From NCBI GenBank assembly GCA_046758965.1, contig JBHIBG010000004.1, positions 39,517-103,516 on the forward strand: 64,000 nt of DNA, given 5' to 3'. Both the position numbers and the translations under genes were made by a program. Shown here one piece after another: positions 1 through 9,866 of the stretch (position 1 is the stretch's first letter; each line of letters opens with the position of its first letter). This stretch comes from Candidatus Methylomirabilia bacterium (GTDB taxonomy: Bacteria > Methylomirabilota > Methylomirabilia > Rokubacteriales > CSP1-6). Under the pieces are notes generated by a model that did not search any database, was not told where the DNA came from, and was given only the letters and a program-made list of their open reading frames with translations.

Positions 1-447
<447 letters not shown>

Positions 448-482
448 GGATGCTTGGCTCCGAGGGACGCCCGGGGTAAAGG

Positions 483-1130
483 ATGGCGGGAGCTTCGTCC
501 CCCGCCCCGGTTGATTTCCGGCTGTACCTCGTGACGAGCCGGCACCAGGGCCGAGGCCGGTCCCTCGAAGAGAGTGTCGGGGAGTGTCTGGAAGCCGGGC
601 TCAGAGCTGTCCAGCTCAGGGAGAAGGACCTTCCAGCCATTGAGCTTCTCGCCCTGGCCCGGCCGCTCAGGGCACTGACCCGAGACGCTGGAGCCCGGCT
701 TTTCATCAACGACCGGCTGGATGTGGCTCTGACGGTTGGGGCTGACGGCATGCAGCGGGGGCACACCTCGCTCCCCGTGTCAGCCATCCGGTTCGTCGCA
801 GGAGACCGACTCCTGATTGGGGCCTCAGTCCATAGCCTTGCCGAAGCTCAAGCTTCCGAGCGCGAGGGGGCCGACTTCATCCTGTTCGGGCCTGTGTACG
901 AGACTACCTCCAAGCGCCAGTTCGGGCCGCCCCAGGGCCTCGACGCACTCGGCCAGACAGTCCAGGCTGTCAGGCTCCCGGTCTTCGCGATCGGGGGTAT
1001 CACTCCCGAGCGGGTCAGAGCGATCGCCTTGACAGGGGCCCACGGCGTGGCCGTGATCTCGGCCATCCTGGACGCCGAGCAACCGGCTAGGGCAACCAAG
1101 GCCTTCATCGATGCGTTAGGGAGCGCGTGA
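483..1130 (+). CDS. thiE: Thiamine-phosphate synthase (ThiE/TenI family)
   Basis: VQLREK, FINDR, GASVH, ETTSK, AIGGI, VISAI motifs; context between thiG and thiO. Confidence 0.9.
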   Translation: MAGASSPAPVDFRLYLVTSRHQGRGRSLEESVGECLEAGLRAVQLREKDLPAIELLALARPLRALTRDAGARLFINDRLDVALTVGADGMQRGHTSLPVSAIRFVAGDRLLIGASVHSLAEAQASEREGADFILFGPVYETTSKRQFGPPQGLDALGQTVQAVRLPVFAIGGITPERVRAIALTGAHGVAVISAILDAEQPARATKAFIDALGSA

Positions 1131-2293
1131 TGCCGAAGCGCCCTGATCTCCTGATCGTCGGCGGGGGCGTGGTCGGGTGCGCTGCGGCGTACGAACTGGC
1201 CAAGGCTGGCCTCGCCGTCGCCGTGGTGGAGCGTGGGGTTCCCGGGTGTGAGGCCTCCAGCGCCGCAGCGGGAATGCTCAGTCCGCAATCCGCAGTTTCA
1301 GCTCCTAACCCCATGCTCAACCTGGGGCTCGCCAGCCACGCGCTCTGGGGTGATCTCGCAAGCGAACTCCGCGAGCGAACCGGAGTGGACGTCGAGTACC
1401 GGACCGGAGGTAGCCTCCACTGCTTCCTCGACGAAGGGGACGAGGCTGTGGGGCGCGCCACCTTTGGTTGGCAGCACGCGGCTGGTCTCAGGGCTGAGAT
1501 GCTGTCCAGGGAGGACGTCCTGGCGCTCGAGCCCAGCCTCTCCCGCGAACTCCGGGGGGCGCTCTTGCTGCCTGAGGACCACTGGCTGAACAACCCCAGG
1601 CTCGTGGCCGCTCTAGCTCAAGCCGCATCGTTCGAGGGGGTCGAGTTTATCCGGGCCGAAGTCTCGGCCCTTCTCAGGCGCGGCGACCGGGTCGTGGGCG
1701 TCTCGGCCGGCGGCTCAGAACTTTCGGCAGGGGGGGTGCTTTTGGCAGCCGGGGCGTGGAGCGGCCAGCTGGCGGCGAGCGCAGGCCTGACCATTCCGGT
1801 CCATCCGGTTCGGGGCCAGCTTCTCTGCCTCGAGACGACGCCCCGTCGGCTCCATCACGTGCTTCACCTCAAGGATCACTACGCTGTCCCACGGGTGAGC
1901 GGCGAGCTCCTCGTGGGCTCCTCGATGGAATGGGTCGGGTTTGTCAAGCAGGTGACCGGAGAGCAGCTCCGGGCCTTCCTCGACACCGCGATTCGCCTCG
2001 TGCCGGCGCTCGGCCCGCTCCCCCTCAAGGCCAGCTGGGCAGGCTTCCGCCCCTGGGCTCCAGATGAGCGGCCCGTGATCGGCCCCTGGGCGGGGTTGGA
2101 GGGCCTGTTCGTGGCCACCGCTCACTTCAGGAACGGGATCCTCCTCGCTCCCGTTACGGCCCGCCTGATCAAAGAGCTGATTGTGGACGGCAAGGCTTCC
2201 AGCGACCTCACGCCTTTTCTCCCAGATCGGTTCGTGCGGGAGCCGCCCCGAGTTTCACCTCCCTCGCGAGCTGGACGGGGTGGGCCGCCGTGA
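1127..2293 (+). CDS. thiO: Glycine oxidase (FAD-dependent)
   Basis: GGGVVG dinucleotide-binding motif, ASSAAAGML, PVRGQ, WAGFRP, HFRNGILLAP; 4-nt overlap with thiE. Confidence 0.93.
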   Translation: MMPKRPDLLIVGGGVVGCAAAYELAKAGLAVAVVERGVPGCEASSAAAGMLSPQSAVSAPNPMLNLGLASHALWGDLASELRERTGVDVEYRTGGSLHCFLDEGDEAVGRATFGWQHAAGLRAEMLSREDVLALEPSLSRELRGALLLPEDHWLNNPRLVAALAQAASFEGVEFIRAEVSALLRRGDRVVGVSAGGSELSAGGVLLAAGAWSGQLAASAGLTIPVHPVRGQLLCLETTPRRLHHVLHLKDHYAVPRVSGELLVGSSMEWVGFVKQVTGEQLRAFLDTAIRLVPALGPLPLKASWAGFRPWAPDERPVIGPWAGLEGLFVATAHFRNGILLAPVTARLIKELIVDGKASSDLTPFLPDRFVREPPRVSPPSRAGRGGPP

Positions 2294-2314
2294 GCCGAGG
2301 GCGCTGAGCGCGTC

Positions 2315-3118
2315 ATGTACGGGAACCCGGGGGTAGAGTTCCCGCGCCGCATCGTCTGCCTCACGGCCGAGACGGCCGAGATCGTCTTCGCCCTCGGCGC
2401 TGGAGACCGGGTCGTCGGGGTCTCTGGGGCTACCGTCCGACCGCCCGAGGCCAGGCAGAAGCCCAAGGTGGGCGGGTTCACGAGCTTCAGGCTCGACAAG
2501 ATCCTCGTGCTCAAGCCTGACGTGGTCCTGGCCTTCTCTGACCTCCAGCAGGATGTCGTGAAGGACCTCGTCGGGGCGGGAGTTCCGATCTTTGCCACCA
2601 ACCAGCGCTCGTTCGAGGAGATCCTCGGGACCATCCTGATGGTCGGCGGGCTCATCGGCCGCGAGCCCGAGGCTAGGGCTCTGGTTCAGGACATGCGGGA
2701 TGAGGTGAGGCAGGTCCGGGAGTTCTCCAGTGTCTGGCCGGACCGTCCGCGGGTCTATTTCGAGGAGTGGCATGACCCGTTGATCGCGGGAATTCGATGG
2801 GTCTCAGAGCTGATCGAGCTGGCGGGTGGTCGAGATATCTTTCCCGAGCTGAGAGGCGAACCGAACGCATCGGGGAGGGTCGTGGACCCCGCTGAGGTGG
2901 CGCGCCGGGATCCGCAGATTATCGTAGCCTCCTGGTGCGGAAAGAAGGTGGTCCCGGAAGTGATCCGCTCCCGCCCGGGCTGGGAGTGCGTGACCGCGAT
3001 CCGCGAGCGGAGGATCTACCCCCTTGACAGCTCCGACGTTCTCTCCCCTGGTCCTTCGGTCATGGTGGGCCTCCGCCGCCTCCACGAGATCATCCAGTCC
3101 TACGGGGAGACCACTTAA
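2315..3118 (+). CDS. Helical-backbone metal/cobalamin-binding protein (BtuF/YvrC-like), no signal peptide
   Basis: PRRIVCLTAETAEIVFALG, RVVGVS, LKPDVVL, PRVYFEEW, WVSELIELAGG. Confidence 0.8.
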   Translation: MYGNPGVEFPRRIVCLTAETAEIVFALGAGDRVVGVSGATVRPPEARQKPKVGGFTSFRLDKILVLKPDVVLAFSDLQQDVVKDLVGAGVPIFATNQRSFEEILGTILMVGGLIGREPEARALVQDMRDEVRQVREFSSVWPDRPRVYFEEWHDPLIAGIRWVSELIELAGGRDIFPELRGEPNASGRVVDPAEVARRDPQIIVASWCGKKVVPEVIRSRPGWECVTAIRERRIYPLDSSDVLSPGPSVMVGLRRLHEIIQSYGETT

Positions 3119-3261
3119 CATTGAATCTTAGAATAAGACGCTAAACCACTTGAAAAGATTACGTAACGCTTTCCAGTTACCTACGAGGAAAAAACTGATA
3201 GCATCGCGGGGCTGCATGGTAGGATGAAAACTCCTTGCCACGTATTTCCATGGAGAGGTCT

Positions 3262-4707
3262 GTGACAGCCGGACTGGTGCGCCCCGAGCGGCTCTTCGCT
3301 GATCGGTTCGGCCTCAGCTCCGCCCGCCTTGAACGGCTCCTAGGCTCGGCGCTGAAAGGCCGGGTCGAGGATGCCGACCTCTATCTCGAATACCGGATCG
3401 ACGAAGAGCTGGTCATGGAGGAGGGGGGGGTCAAGAAAGCCTCCCGCCACGTCAGCCAGGGAGCCGGGGTGCATGCCCAGGCCGGCGAGCGGACGGGGTA
3501 CGCCCATACCGATGCGCTCACGCTGCCGAACCTGGAAGAGGCGGCGCGTCAGGCGCAAGCGATTGCTGACGAGTCGGGCACCTCGGCCATCGTTCGGGTC
3601 AAGCCTGGCCGGCGGCCCCACGACCTTTACCGCGTAGAGCTCCCGCCCGTCGCTGCGCCCGTCTCGGCCAAGGTGGAGCTGCTCATGCGCATTGACCAGG
3701 CCGCGAGGGCAGCGGACTCGCGGGTGCGCCAGGTCATCGTCAATCTCTGGAGCGAGGAGCAGGTCACGCTGATCGTGCAGGCCTCGGGGTGGACGGTGGG
3801 GGACGTGCGGCCGCTGACCCGTCTCTCCGTTACCGTTATCGCCGAAGGGGCCGGCAAGCGCGAGATGGGGAGCTTCGGCGGCGGCGGGCGGGTTGCATTC
3901 GACTTCTTCCTGGAGGATGATCGCTGGCTCCGCTATGCGCGCGAGGCGGTTCGCCAGGCGCTTGTCAAGCTGTCCGCAGTTGAGGCGCCGGCCGGAACTC
4001 TGGCCGTGGTCCTCGGGGCTGGATGGCCTGGTATCCTTCTTCACGAGGCGGTGGGCCACGGGCTGGAGGGGGACTTCAACCGGAAGAAGGTCTCGGCGTT
4101 CTCGGGCCGGATGGGCGAGAGGGTGGCCTCGGAACTCGTGACCGTGGTGGACGACGGCACGCTGCCGAGCCGCCGCGGCTCTCTGAACGCGGATGACGAG
4201 GGGACGCCGACCAGACGGAATGTCCTGATCGAGAACGGAATCCTGGTGGGCTACATGCAGGATCGGCTCAACGCCCGCCTCATGGGTATGGCCCCGACGG
4301 GCAACGGCCGACGGGAGTCGTTTGCGTATCCGCCCATGCCACGGATGACAAACACCTTCATGCTCGCGGGCCAGGATGACCCCGAGGAGATCCTCCGCTC
4401 CGTCTCCTACGGCCTCTACGCGGTCAGCTTCGGGGGTGGGCAGGTGGACATCACGAACGGGAAGTTCGTCTTCTCCGCTAGCGAGGCCTACCTGATCGAA
4501 AATGGCCGCGTGACGACGCCTGTGAAAGGCGCCACGCTCATCGGCAATGGTCCCGAGGTGCTGACGCGGGTGTCGCGAGTCGGCTCGGACCTCAAGCTGG
4601 ACGAGGGCGTGGGTACCTGCGGCAAGGACGGCCAGTCGGTGCCGGTCGGAGTCGGGCTTCCCACCATCCGCGTGGACGGCATCACGGTGGGCGGCACCCG
4701 CCTGTGA
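3262..4707 (+). CDS. tldD: Metalloprotease TldD (canonical type)
   Basis: HEAVGHGLEGD zinc motif, PMPRMTNT, GGQVDIT, C-terminal TCGKDGQSVPVGVG; start may be 3235, 3250 or 3262. Confidence 0.95.
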   Translation: MTAGLVRPERLFADRFGLSSARLERLLGSALKGRVEDADLYLEYRIDEELVMEEGGVKKASRHVSQGAGVHAQAGERTGYAHTDALTLPNLEEAARQAQAIADESGTSAIVRVKPGRRPHDLYRVELPPVAAPVSAKVELLMRIDQAARAADSRVRQVIVNLWSEEQVTLIVQASGWTVGDVRPLTRLSVTVIAEGAGKREMGSFGGGGRVAFDFFLEDDRWLRYAREAVRQALVKLSAVEAPAGTLAVVLGAGWPGILLHEAVGHGLEGDFNRKKVSAFSGRMGERVASELVTVVDDGTLPSRRGSLNADDEGTPTRRNVLIENGILVGYMQDRLNARLMGMAPTGNGRRESFAYPPMPRMTNTFMLAGQDDPEEILRSVSYGLYAVSFGGGQVDITNGKFVFSASEAYLIENGRVTTPVKGATLIGNGPEVLTRVSRVGSDLKLDEGVGTCGKDGQSVPVGVGLPTIRVDGITVGGTRL

Positions 4708-4730
4708 GCGCGTGACCTCACACATCTGAG

Positions 4731-6065
4731 ATGCTCGACCTGCTCCACGATCTGCTCAGGCAGGCGACGGCGAGGGGCGCCAGCGAGGCCGATGCCTTTC
4801 TGGTGGAGGAGCAATACGCCTCGATGCTGGTGCGGATGGGGCAGCCGGAAACCGTTACCCACGCTCGCGAGCAGCGGCTCGCCCTTCGGGTCTTGGTGGG
4901 GAAGGCTGCGGCCTCAGCCTCGACCTCTGATCTCTCCCGCGAGTCACTGGACGGACTGGTGGGCGAAGCCATCGGGCTTGCTCGGCTCGCGGCCGGCGAC
5001 CCGCTGGCGGGACTGCCGGAAGCAGGGGAGCTGGCAACCTCGATTCCTGACCTGGACCTTCACGATCCCGAGGGTCACCGCCTTACCCCCGAGCAGAAGA
5101 TCGCCCTTGCCAAGCGGGGCGAGGACGCAGCGTTCGCTCTGGACCCCAGAATCATGAACTCGGAAGGGGCCGAGTTCCTCGACCGCCAGGCCACTTACTT
5201 CTACGCCAGCTCTCACGGCTTTGCCGGCTCCTACCGGACCTCGCGGTTCAGCCTCGCGGTCTCCCCGGTGGCGGTCCAGAACGGCGAAATGCAGCGGGAG
5301 TCCTGGTACACGATAGGCCGGATGCGCGCGCGGCTGGATCTTCCAGAGGAGGTCGGGCGGATCGCAGCCGAGCGGGCGATCCGGCGCCTCGGTGCCCGGA
5401 AAGTGAAGACCGTGGAGGTGCCGGTGATCTTCGATCCGCTGACCGCAGCCAGCTTGATCCGAACCCTCGCGGCCGCGGCCTCGGGGCCGGCCCTCTACCG
5501 TGGCACCTCGTTCCTCCTCGGCCGGCTGGGAAGTCGGATTGCCGCTCCAGAGGTCACCCTGGTTGATGACGGGACGCTTCCCGGGGCCGTGGGTTCTCGA
5601 CCCTTCGACGGGGAGGGGTTGGCCATCCGTCGCACCATCCTTGTTCAGCAAGGCCTGCTCAACTCGTATCTTCTGGACACCTATAGCGGCCGGAAGCTCG
5701 ATCTCCCCTCTACCCACCACGCTGCTCGCGACGGCGCCGGCGTGAGCGTGGCTACGACGAACCTCTACCTGGCCGCCGGATCGGCGTCTCCTGCTGACCT
5801 GATTGCCTCGATCAAGCAGGGGCTCTATGTCACCGAGTTGATCGGCTTCGGGGTGAACATGGTGACCGGCGACTACTCTCGGGGTGCCGTCGGGCTGTGG
5901 ATCGAGAACGGCCAGCTCGCCCACCCCGTAGAAGAGGTGACGGTGGCAGGGAACCTCCTCGAGATGTTCCAGGCCATTGACGGGGTGGGGAACGACCTGG
6001 TCCTGCGGGACCGTACCGCTTCGCCGACCCTTCGTGTGGGCCGCATGGTGGTCGCCGGCGACTAG
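4731..6065 (+). CDS. pmbA: TldE/PmbA non-catalytic subunit
   Basis: SRPFDGEG, GVNMVTGDYSRGAVG, EVTVAGNL; no HExxH; follows tldD. Confidence 0.93.
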   Translation: MLDLLHDLLRQATARGASEADAFLVEEQYASMLVRMGQPETVTHAREQRLALRVLVGKAAASASTSDLSRESLDGLVGEAIGLARLAAGDPLAGLPEAGELATSIPDLDLHDPEGHRLTPEQKIALAKRGEDAAFALDPRIMNSEGAEFLDRQATYFYASSHGFAGSYRTSRFSLAVSPVAVQNGEMQRESWYTIGRMRARLDLPEEVGRIAAERAIRRLGARKVKTVEVPVIFDPLTAASLIRTLAAAASGPALYRGTSFLLGRLGSRIAAPEVTLVDDGTLPGAVGSRPFDGEGLAIRRTILVQQGLLNSYLLDTYSGRKLDLPSTHHAARDGAGVSVATTNLYLAAGSASPADLIASIKQGLYVTELIGFGVNMVTGDYSRGAVGLWIENGQLAHPVEEVTVAGNLLEMFQAIDGVGNDLVLRDRTASPTLRVGRMVVAGD

Positions 6066-6205
6066 CCGGGCTCGGACGAATTCCTATACGTTTCCAGAAG
6101 GGTATGGCGGATGATTGATGCCGGACGAGATACTGGGCATGACGAGGAGCACGAGAGGAGGCCAGGCACGGTGAGTCGGAACGGCGCTACGCATCAGGGC
6201 TCACG

Positions 6206-6991
6206 ATGATCGTCGACACCCACTGCCATCTTCACGATCCTGCGTTCAGAAACCTTCGCGAGACGGTGACCCGCGCCATCGCTGATGACGTGTGGGGCAT
6301 CATCGCGGTGGGAGGTGATCCCCCGACCAACGCGCGGACCCTCGAGCTCGCCGCCCAGCATCCCAAGGGCGTCTGGGCCTGTCTCGGGTACCACCCTGAG
6401 TGGCTGCGGTTGGGCGATGAGGAGTTCGAGGCGGTCGAGGCGCAGGTGGCGCGGCACCAACACCGGGTCGTGGCGCTGGGCGAGGTGGGGCTTCCCTGGT
6501 ACAGTCTGGGGAAGGCGGCGGACCCGGCGCAACGGTTGGCGCGGAGTCGGCAGCGGCTGGGACGCCTCCTCGACCTGGCCGTGCGTTACGACCTGCCCGT
6601 TGTCCTCCACGCTCCCCACGGCGCTGCGGAGAGCGCCCTGCTCCTGCTCAAGCAGAAAGGAGTCGAACGGGGCGTCTTCCACTGGCACAAGGCGCCTCCC
6701 GAGGTGACGAAGGCGATCGTGGAGGCCGGCTATGCCGTATCGGTGACGCCGGAGGTAGCCTATCACCCGCGAGACCGCGAACTGGTCGAGTGGATTCCTC
6801 TGGATGCCCTCCTCGTGGAGACGGACAGCCCGTGGGCATTCGAGGGTGAGTTCGAGGGCCTCCCCTCGGGGCCGTGGCTTGCCTCGCGGGTCGTGGAGGA
6901 GGTCGCCAAGATCAAGCAGATGCCGGTTGACGAAGTGATGCTTCACCTCTCGGCCAACGCCTGCCGCCTTTTCGACTTGGTCTGGGCCTAG
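6206..6991 (+). CDS. tatD: TatD-family metal-dependent hydrolase/DNase
   Basis: DTHCHL, GYHP, GEVGL, LLVETDSP motifs. Confidence 0.88.
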   Translation: MIVDTHCHLHDPAFRNLRETVTRAIADDVWGIIAVGGDPPTNARTLELAAQHPKGVWACLGYHPEWLRLGDEEFEAVEAQVARHQHRVVALGEVGLPWYSLGKAADPAQRLARSRQRLGRLLDLAVRYDLPVVLHAPHGAAESALLLLKQKGVERGVFHWHKAPPEVTKAIVEAGYAVSVTPEVAYHPRDRELVEWIPLDALLVETDSPWAFEGEFEGLPSGPWLASRVVEEVAKIKQMPVDEVMLHLSANACRLFDLVWA

Positions 6992-7104
6992 CGCCGTGCC
7001 AGTAACCGTCGCACGAGCCGGACGGCCTTCTCCCGGCGTCCCGCACCCACCTTCGGTGGGTACCCGGCCCGCTTCTTGTCTCGGCAGGAAAGCCGACTAG
7101 ACCG

Positions 7105-7818
7105 GTGCGACAGGAAGGGCACAAGGTGCCTGTCGAGGGAACCACGGTTGCGCTCGTGCTCCACCTCCCCAAGCGCACGTCAGCACCGTGTGTGGTCGCC
7201 TGTCACGGTCTCAGCGCCTCCAAGGACAGCGAAAAGTATCTGCTCCTAGGCCGGGAGTTCCCCAAGGCAGGGTGGGCCCTGGCGCGCTTTGACTTCCGAG
7301 GGTCGGGAGAGAGCGCCGGGGTGTACGCCGACACCACGGTGGGGAGTCGGGTCCGCGACCTGGAGGCTGTGCTGAACTTCCTCGCAGATCAGCCGACAGT
7401 GGATGGCCGCTTCGGCCTCCTGGGTTCTAGCATGGGGGGCTACGTAGCACTCTTCGTGGCGGCCCACCGCTCGCCGGCAACCCCGGTGGTGACCTGGAAC
7501 GCGCCCGCGACCTTGTCGGAGCTCGGCCAGCCTCGGTCCGAGGATCTCGCGGGGCTCGGCCCGGCCTTCTTTGATGAGCTCAGCGCTGGGCGCTACGTCG
7601 ATGCACCCTCTGGCGTCCGCTTCTGCCTGACGATCCAGGCGGATGGCGACGAGGTGGTGCCCCCACGCCACGGCCAGCTGCTCTTCGAGCGGGCTCTTGA
7701 TCCTCGAGAGCTGGTCATGCTACCCGGCGCCGACCATCGCCTCACCACGCCGGGGTCTCGCATGGAGGCCGTGACTCGGAGCCTGGAGTGGTTTCGGCGG
7801 TTTCTCCCCGCGGGATGA
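7105..7818 (+). CDS. Alpha/beta-fold hydrolase
   Basis: CHG, RFDFRGSGES, nucleophile elbow GSSMG, D..VP and GADH triad residues. Confidence 0.88.
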   Translation: MRQEGHKVPVEGTTVALVLHLPKRTSAPCVVACHGLSASKDSEKYLLLGREFPKAGWALARFDFRGSGESAGVYADTTVGSRVRDLEAVLNFLADQPTVDGRFGLLGSSMGGYVALFVAAHRSPATPVVTWNAPATLSELGQPRSEDLAGLGPAFFDELSAGRYVDAPSGVRFCLTIQADGDEVVPPRHGQLLFERALDPRELVMLPGADHRLTTPGSRMEAVTRSLEWFRRFLPAG

Positions 7819-7961
7819 AGATGGTTCCGGTAACGCCTCCGGCGCCAACGCGAAGCTGGACCTTCGTCGAGCTCAAGGATGTGGTGGACCTCTTTCCCGA
7901 GATACCTGGGAGGCCCCGACCGGCGTGGAACGCATCGGAAATCTCCTCCTCGAACGGGTGA
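7815..7961 (+). pseudogene. Possible remnant of a deleted gene (48-aa ORF coupled to both neighbours)
   Basis: ATGA overlap with upstream stop; MKMVPVTPPAPTRSWTFVELKDVVDLFPEIPG; middle part resembles a HAD-hydrolase C-terminus. Confidence 0.35.
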
Positions 7962-8710
7962 GCCCACCCGAGAGCACAAAGCCTTTTCCGCTCCTCTTCG
8001 TCCACGGGATGTGGGGAGGGAGCTGGTACTGGGCCAACTACCTCAGAGCCGCCGCGGAGGCGGGGTGGGAGGCCTGGGCCATCAACCTCCGAGGCCACCA
8101 CGGAAGCCGTCCCGTCCCGAACCTCGGACGGGTCAGCGTCTTCCAGTATGTGCAGGATCTGCTGGATTGCCTTCGGGAGCTGGGAGAGGTGGTCCTGGTC
8201 GGCCACTCCATGGGTGGTCTCGTCACCCAGAAGGTGGCTGAGATCGGCGGCGTTCGGGCAGCGGTGCTGCTCACGAGCGCCGCCCCACGGGGGATCCTCG
8301 TGCTGCGCTGGCCGGTCCTCTCCCGTGTGGCGAGGTACCTCGGTCCCATGATCCGAAATCAGGCCCTCCCAGCCTCGCGCGGCGACGCCAATGCCCTGGT
8401 GCTCAACGGGCTCACCCCTGGCCGTCAAGCCTGGGCCTACGAGCAGTTCGTCCCCGAGTCGGGACGGGCCGCCCGCGAGCTCGCCTTTGGGCTCATTCCC
8501 GTGGATGAAGCGTTGGTCCGCTGCCCGGTCCTCGTGGTCGGGGCCGAACTCGACGCGATCACCCCGGCGGCGATTCAGCGGCGCATCGCCCGAAAATACG
8601 GGGCTGCCTACCAGGAGATGAAAGGCCACGCCCACATGCTGATGCTTGAGGATGGGTGGGAGCGCCCGTTTGCCGCGATCCTGCAATGGGTCGAGGCGGC
8701 AACCCGCTGA
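7925..8710 (+). CDS. Alpha/beta-fold hydrolase (lysophospholipase-like)
   Basis: LFVHGMW, NLRGH, GHSMGG, GAELDAITP, HAH. Confidence 0.88.
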   Translation: MERIGNLLLERVSPPESTKPFPLLFVHGMWGGSWYWANYLRAAAEAGWEAWAINLRGHHGSRPVPNLGRVSVFQYVQDLLDCLRELGEVVLVGHSMGGLVTQKVAEIGGVRAAVLLTSAAPRGILVLRWPVLSRVARYLGPMIRNQALPASRGDANALVLNGLTPGRQAWAYEQFVPESGRAARELAFGLIPVDEALVRCPVLVVGAELDAITPAAIQRRIARKYGAAYQEMKGHAHMLMLEDGWERPFAAILQWVEAATR

Positions 8711-8738
8711 CCACCACGAACTGGTCCAGGAGACACCA

Positions 8739-9866
8739 ATGCCTGGTCTTGTGCTCAAGGGCGGAAGAGTTCAGGATCCCTATGCGGCAGTGTCCGGACA
8801 GTATGACGTCAGGTGTCGGGGCGGACGGGTCGTGGAGGTTGGGCGCGCGCTCCCCGCCGATGGCGACCAGGTCATTGCCGTGGGTGACAAGCTCGTCGTG
8901 CCGGGTCTCATCGATCAGCATGCCCACTGCTTCATCGGAGCCTCTGACCTGGGCCCGCGCACCGATGCGGTCTCTGCATCCACCGGAGTCACCACCTTCG
9001 TCGATGGCGGGAGCGCTGGAGCCGCCACCTTCGAGGGGATGCGCGAGTTCGTCATTGCCCGGAGCCGCGTCCGGATCCTGGCCTTCCTCAACATCTCGGC
9101 CATCGGGCTCGCGTACCTCCAAGTTGGAGAGCTGAACCACCTTCCCTATGCGAACCCCGACGCGGCCGCTGCGGTGGCGCGGGAGCACCGGGACCTGATT
9201 CTGGGGATCAAGGTGCGCAACCAGAAGGAGGTGGTGGGTGAAGCCGGGCTCGAGCCTCTCCGGCGCGCCATCCGCGCGGCCGAGATGGCCGGGGGGCTCC
9301 GGGTTATGATCCATGTGACGAACCCGCCGACCCCACTCGACGCCATTCTCGAGCTCCTCCGCCCGGGTGATCTGGTGAGCCACTTCTTGAACGGGCGTGG
9401 GTACGGGATCCTCGACGAATCGGGTCGGATCAGCACGGCGGTGGGGCACGCGAGACAGCGGGGGATTCTGTTTGACGTCGCCCATGGGCGGATGCATGTC
9501 AACTTCCCGATCGCCAGGGCTGCCATCGATCAGGGCTTTTTGCCGGACACGATCTCCTCGGACCTGACATCAGGCGGCGCGGCCGGGGTCGTGAAGGACC
9601 TCCCCACTACGCTCTCGAAGTTCCTGAACCTCGGCATGCCTCTGGAGGACGTGATCCGGGCCGCTACGGAGACGCCAGCCAAGGTGATCGGCCGGGAGGG
9701 TGAGCTCGGGACGCTCAAGCCGGGAGCGGTCGCCGATCTGGCGGTGTTCGATCTCGAGGAGGGCGACTTCGACTTTCATGATGCGGACGGCAACACCTTG
9801 CGCGGGCGGGTCCGCCTCACCCCGTACTTGACGGTGAAGGACGGGGAGCTCTGGTGGAGGCGATGA
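8739..9866 (+). CDS. Amidohydrolase/deacetylase family metallohydrolase (dihydroorotase-like)
   Basis: PGLIDQHAH, GVTTFVDGGSAG, GIKVR, MIHV, DVAHG, PDTISSD; SD GGAG before ATG 8739. Confidence 0.88.
   Translation: MPGLVLKGGRVQDPYAAVSGQYDVRCRGGRVVEVGRALPADGDQVIAVGDKLVVPGLIDQHAHCFIGASDLGPRTDAVSASTGVTTFVDGGSAGAATFEGMREFVIARSRVRILAFLNISAIGLAYLQVGELNHLPYANPDAAAAVAREHRDLILGIKVRNQKEVVGEAGLEPLRRAIRAAEMAGGLRVMIHVTNPPTPLDAILELLRPGDLVSHFLNGRGYGILDESGRISTAVGHARQRGILFDVAHGRMHVNFPIARAAIDQGFLPDTISSDLTSGGAAGVVKDLPTTLSKFLNLGMPLEDVIRAATETPAKVIGREGELGTLKPGAVADLAVFDLEEGDFDFHDADGNTLRGRVRLTPYLTVKDGELWWRR

Noticed and set aside
3113..3148. dif-like site (CAATGTTAAGT on the minus strand)
   Set aside because: Only a partial XerD-arm match; no XerC arm at 6-bp spacing.
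6078..6100. GAATTCCTATACGTTTCCAGAAG resembles half of an FRT site
   Set aside because: The second inverted arm is absent and the match needs indels; most likely coincidence.
6171..6209. 12-codon ORF with SD overlapping the tatD start
   Set aside because: Too short to support; no motif.
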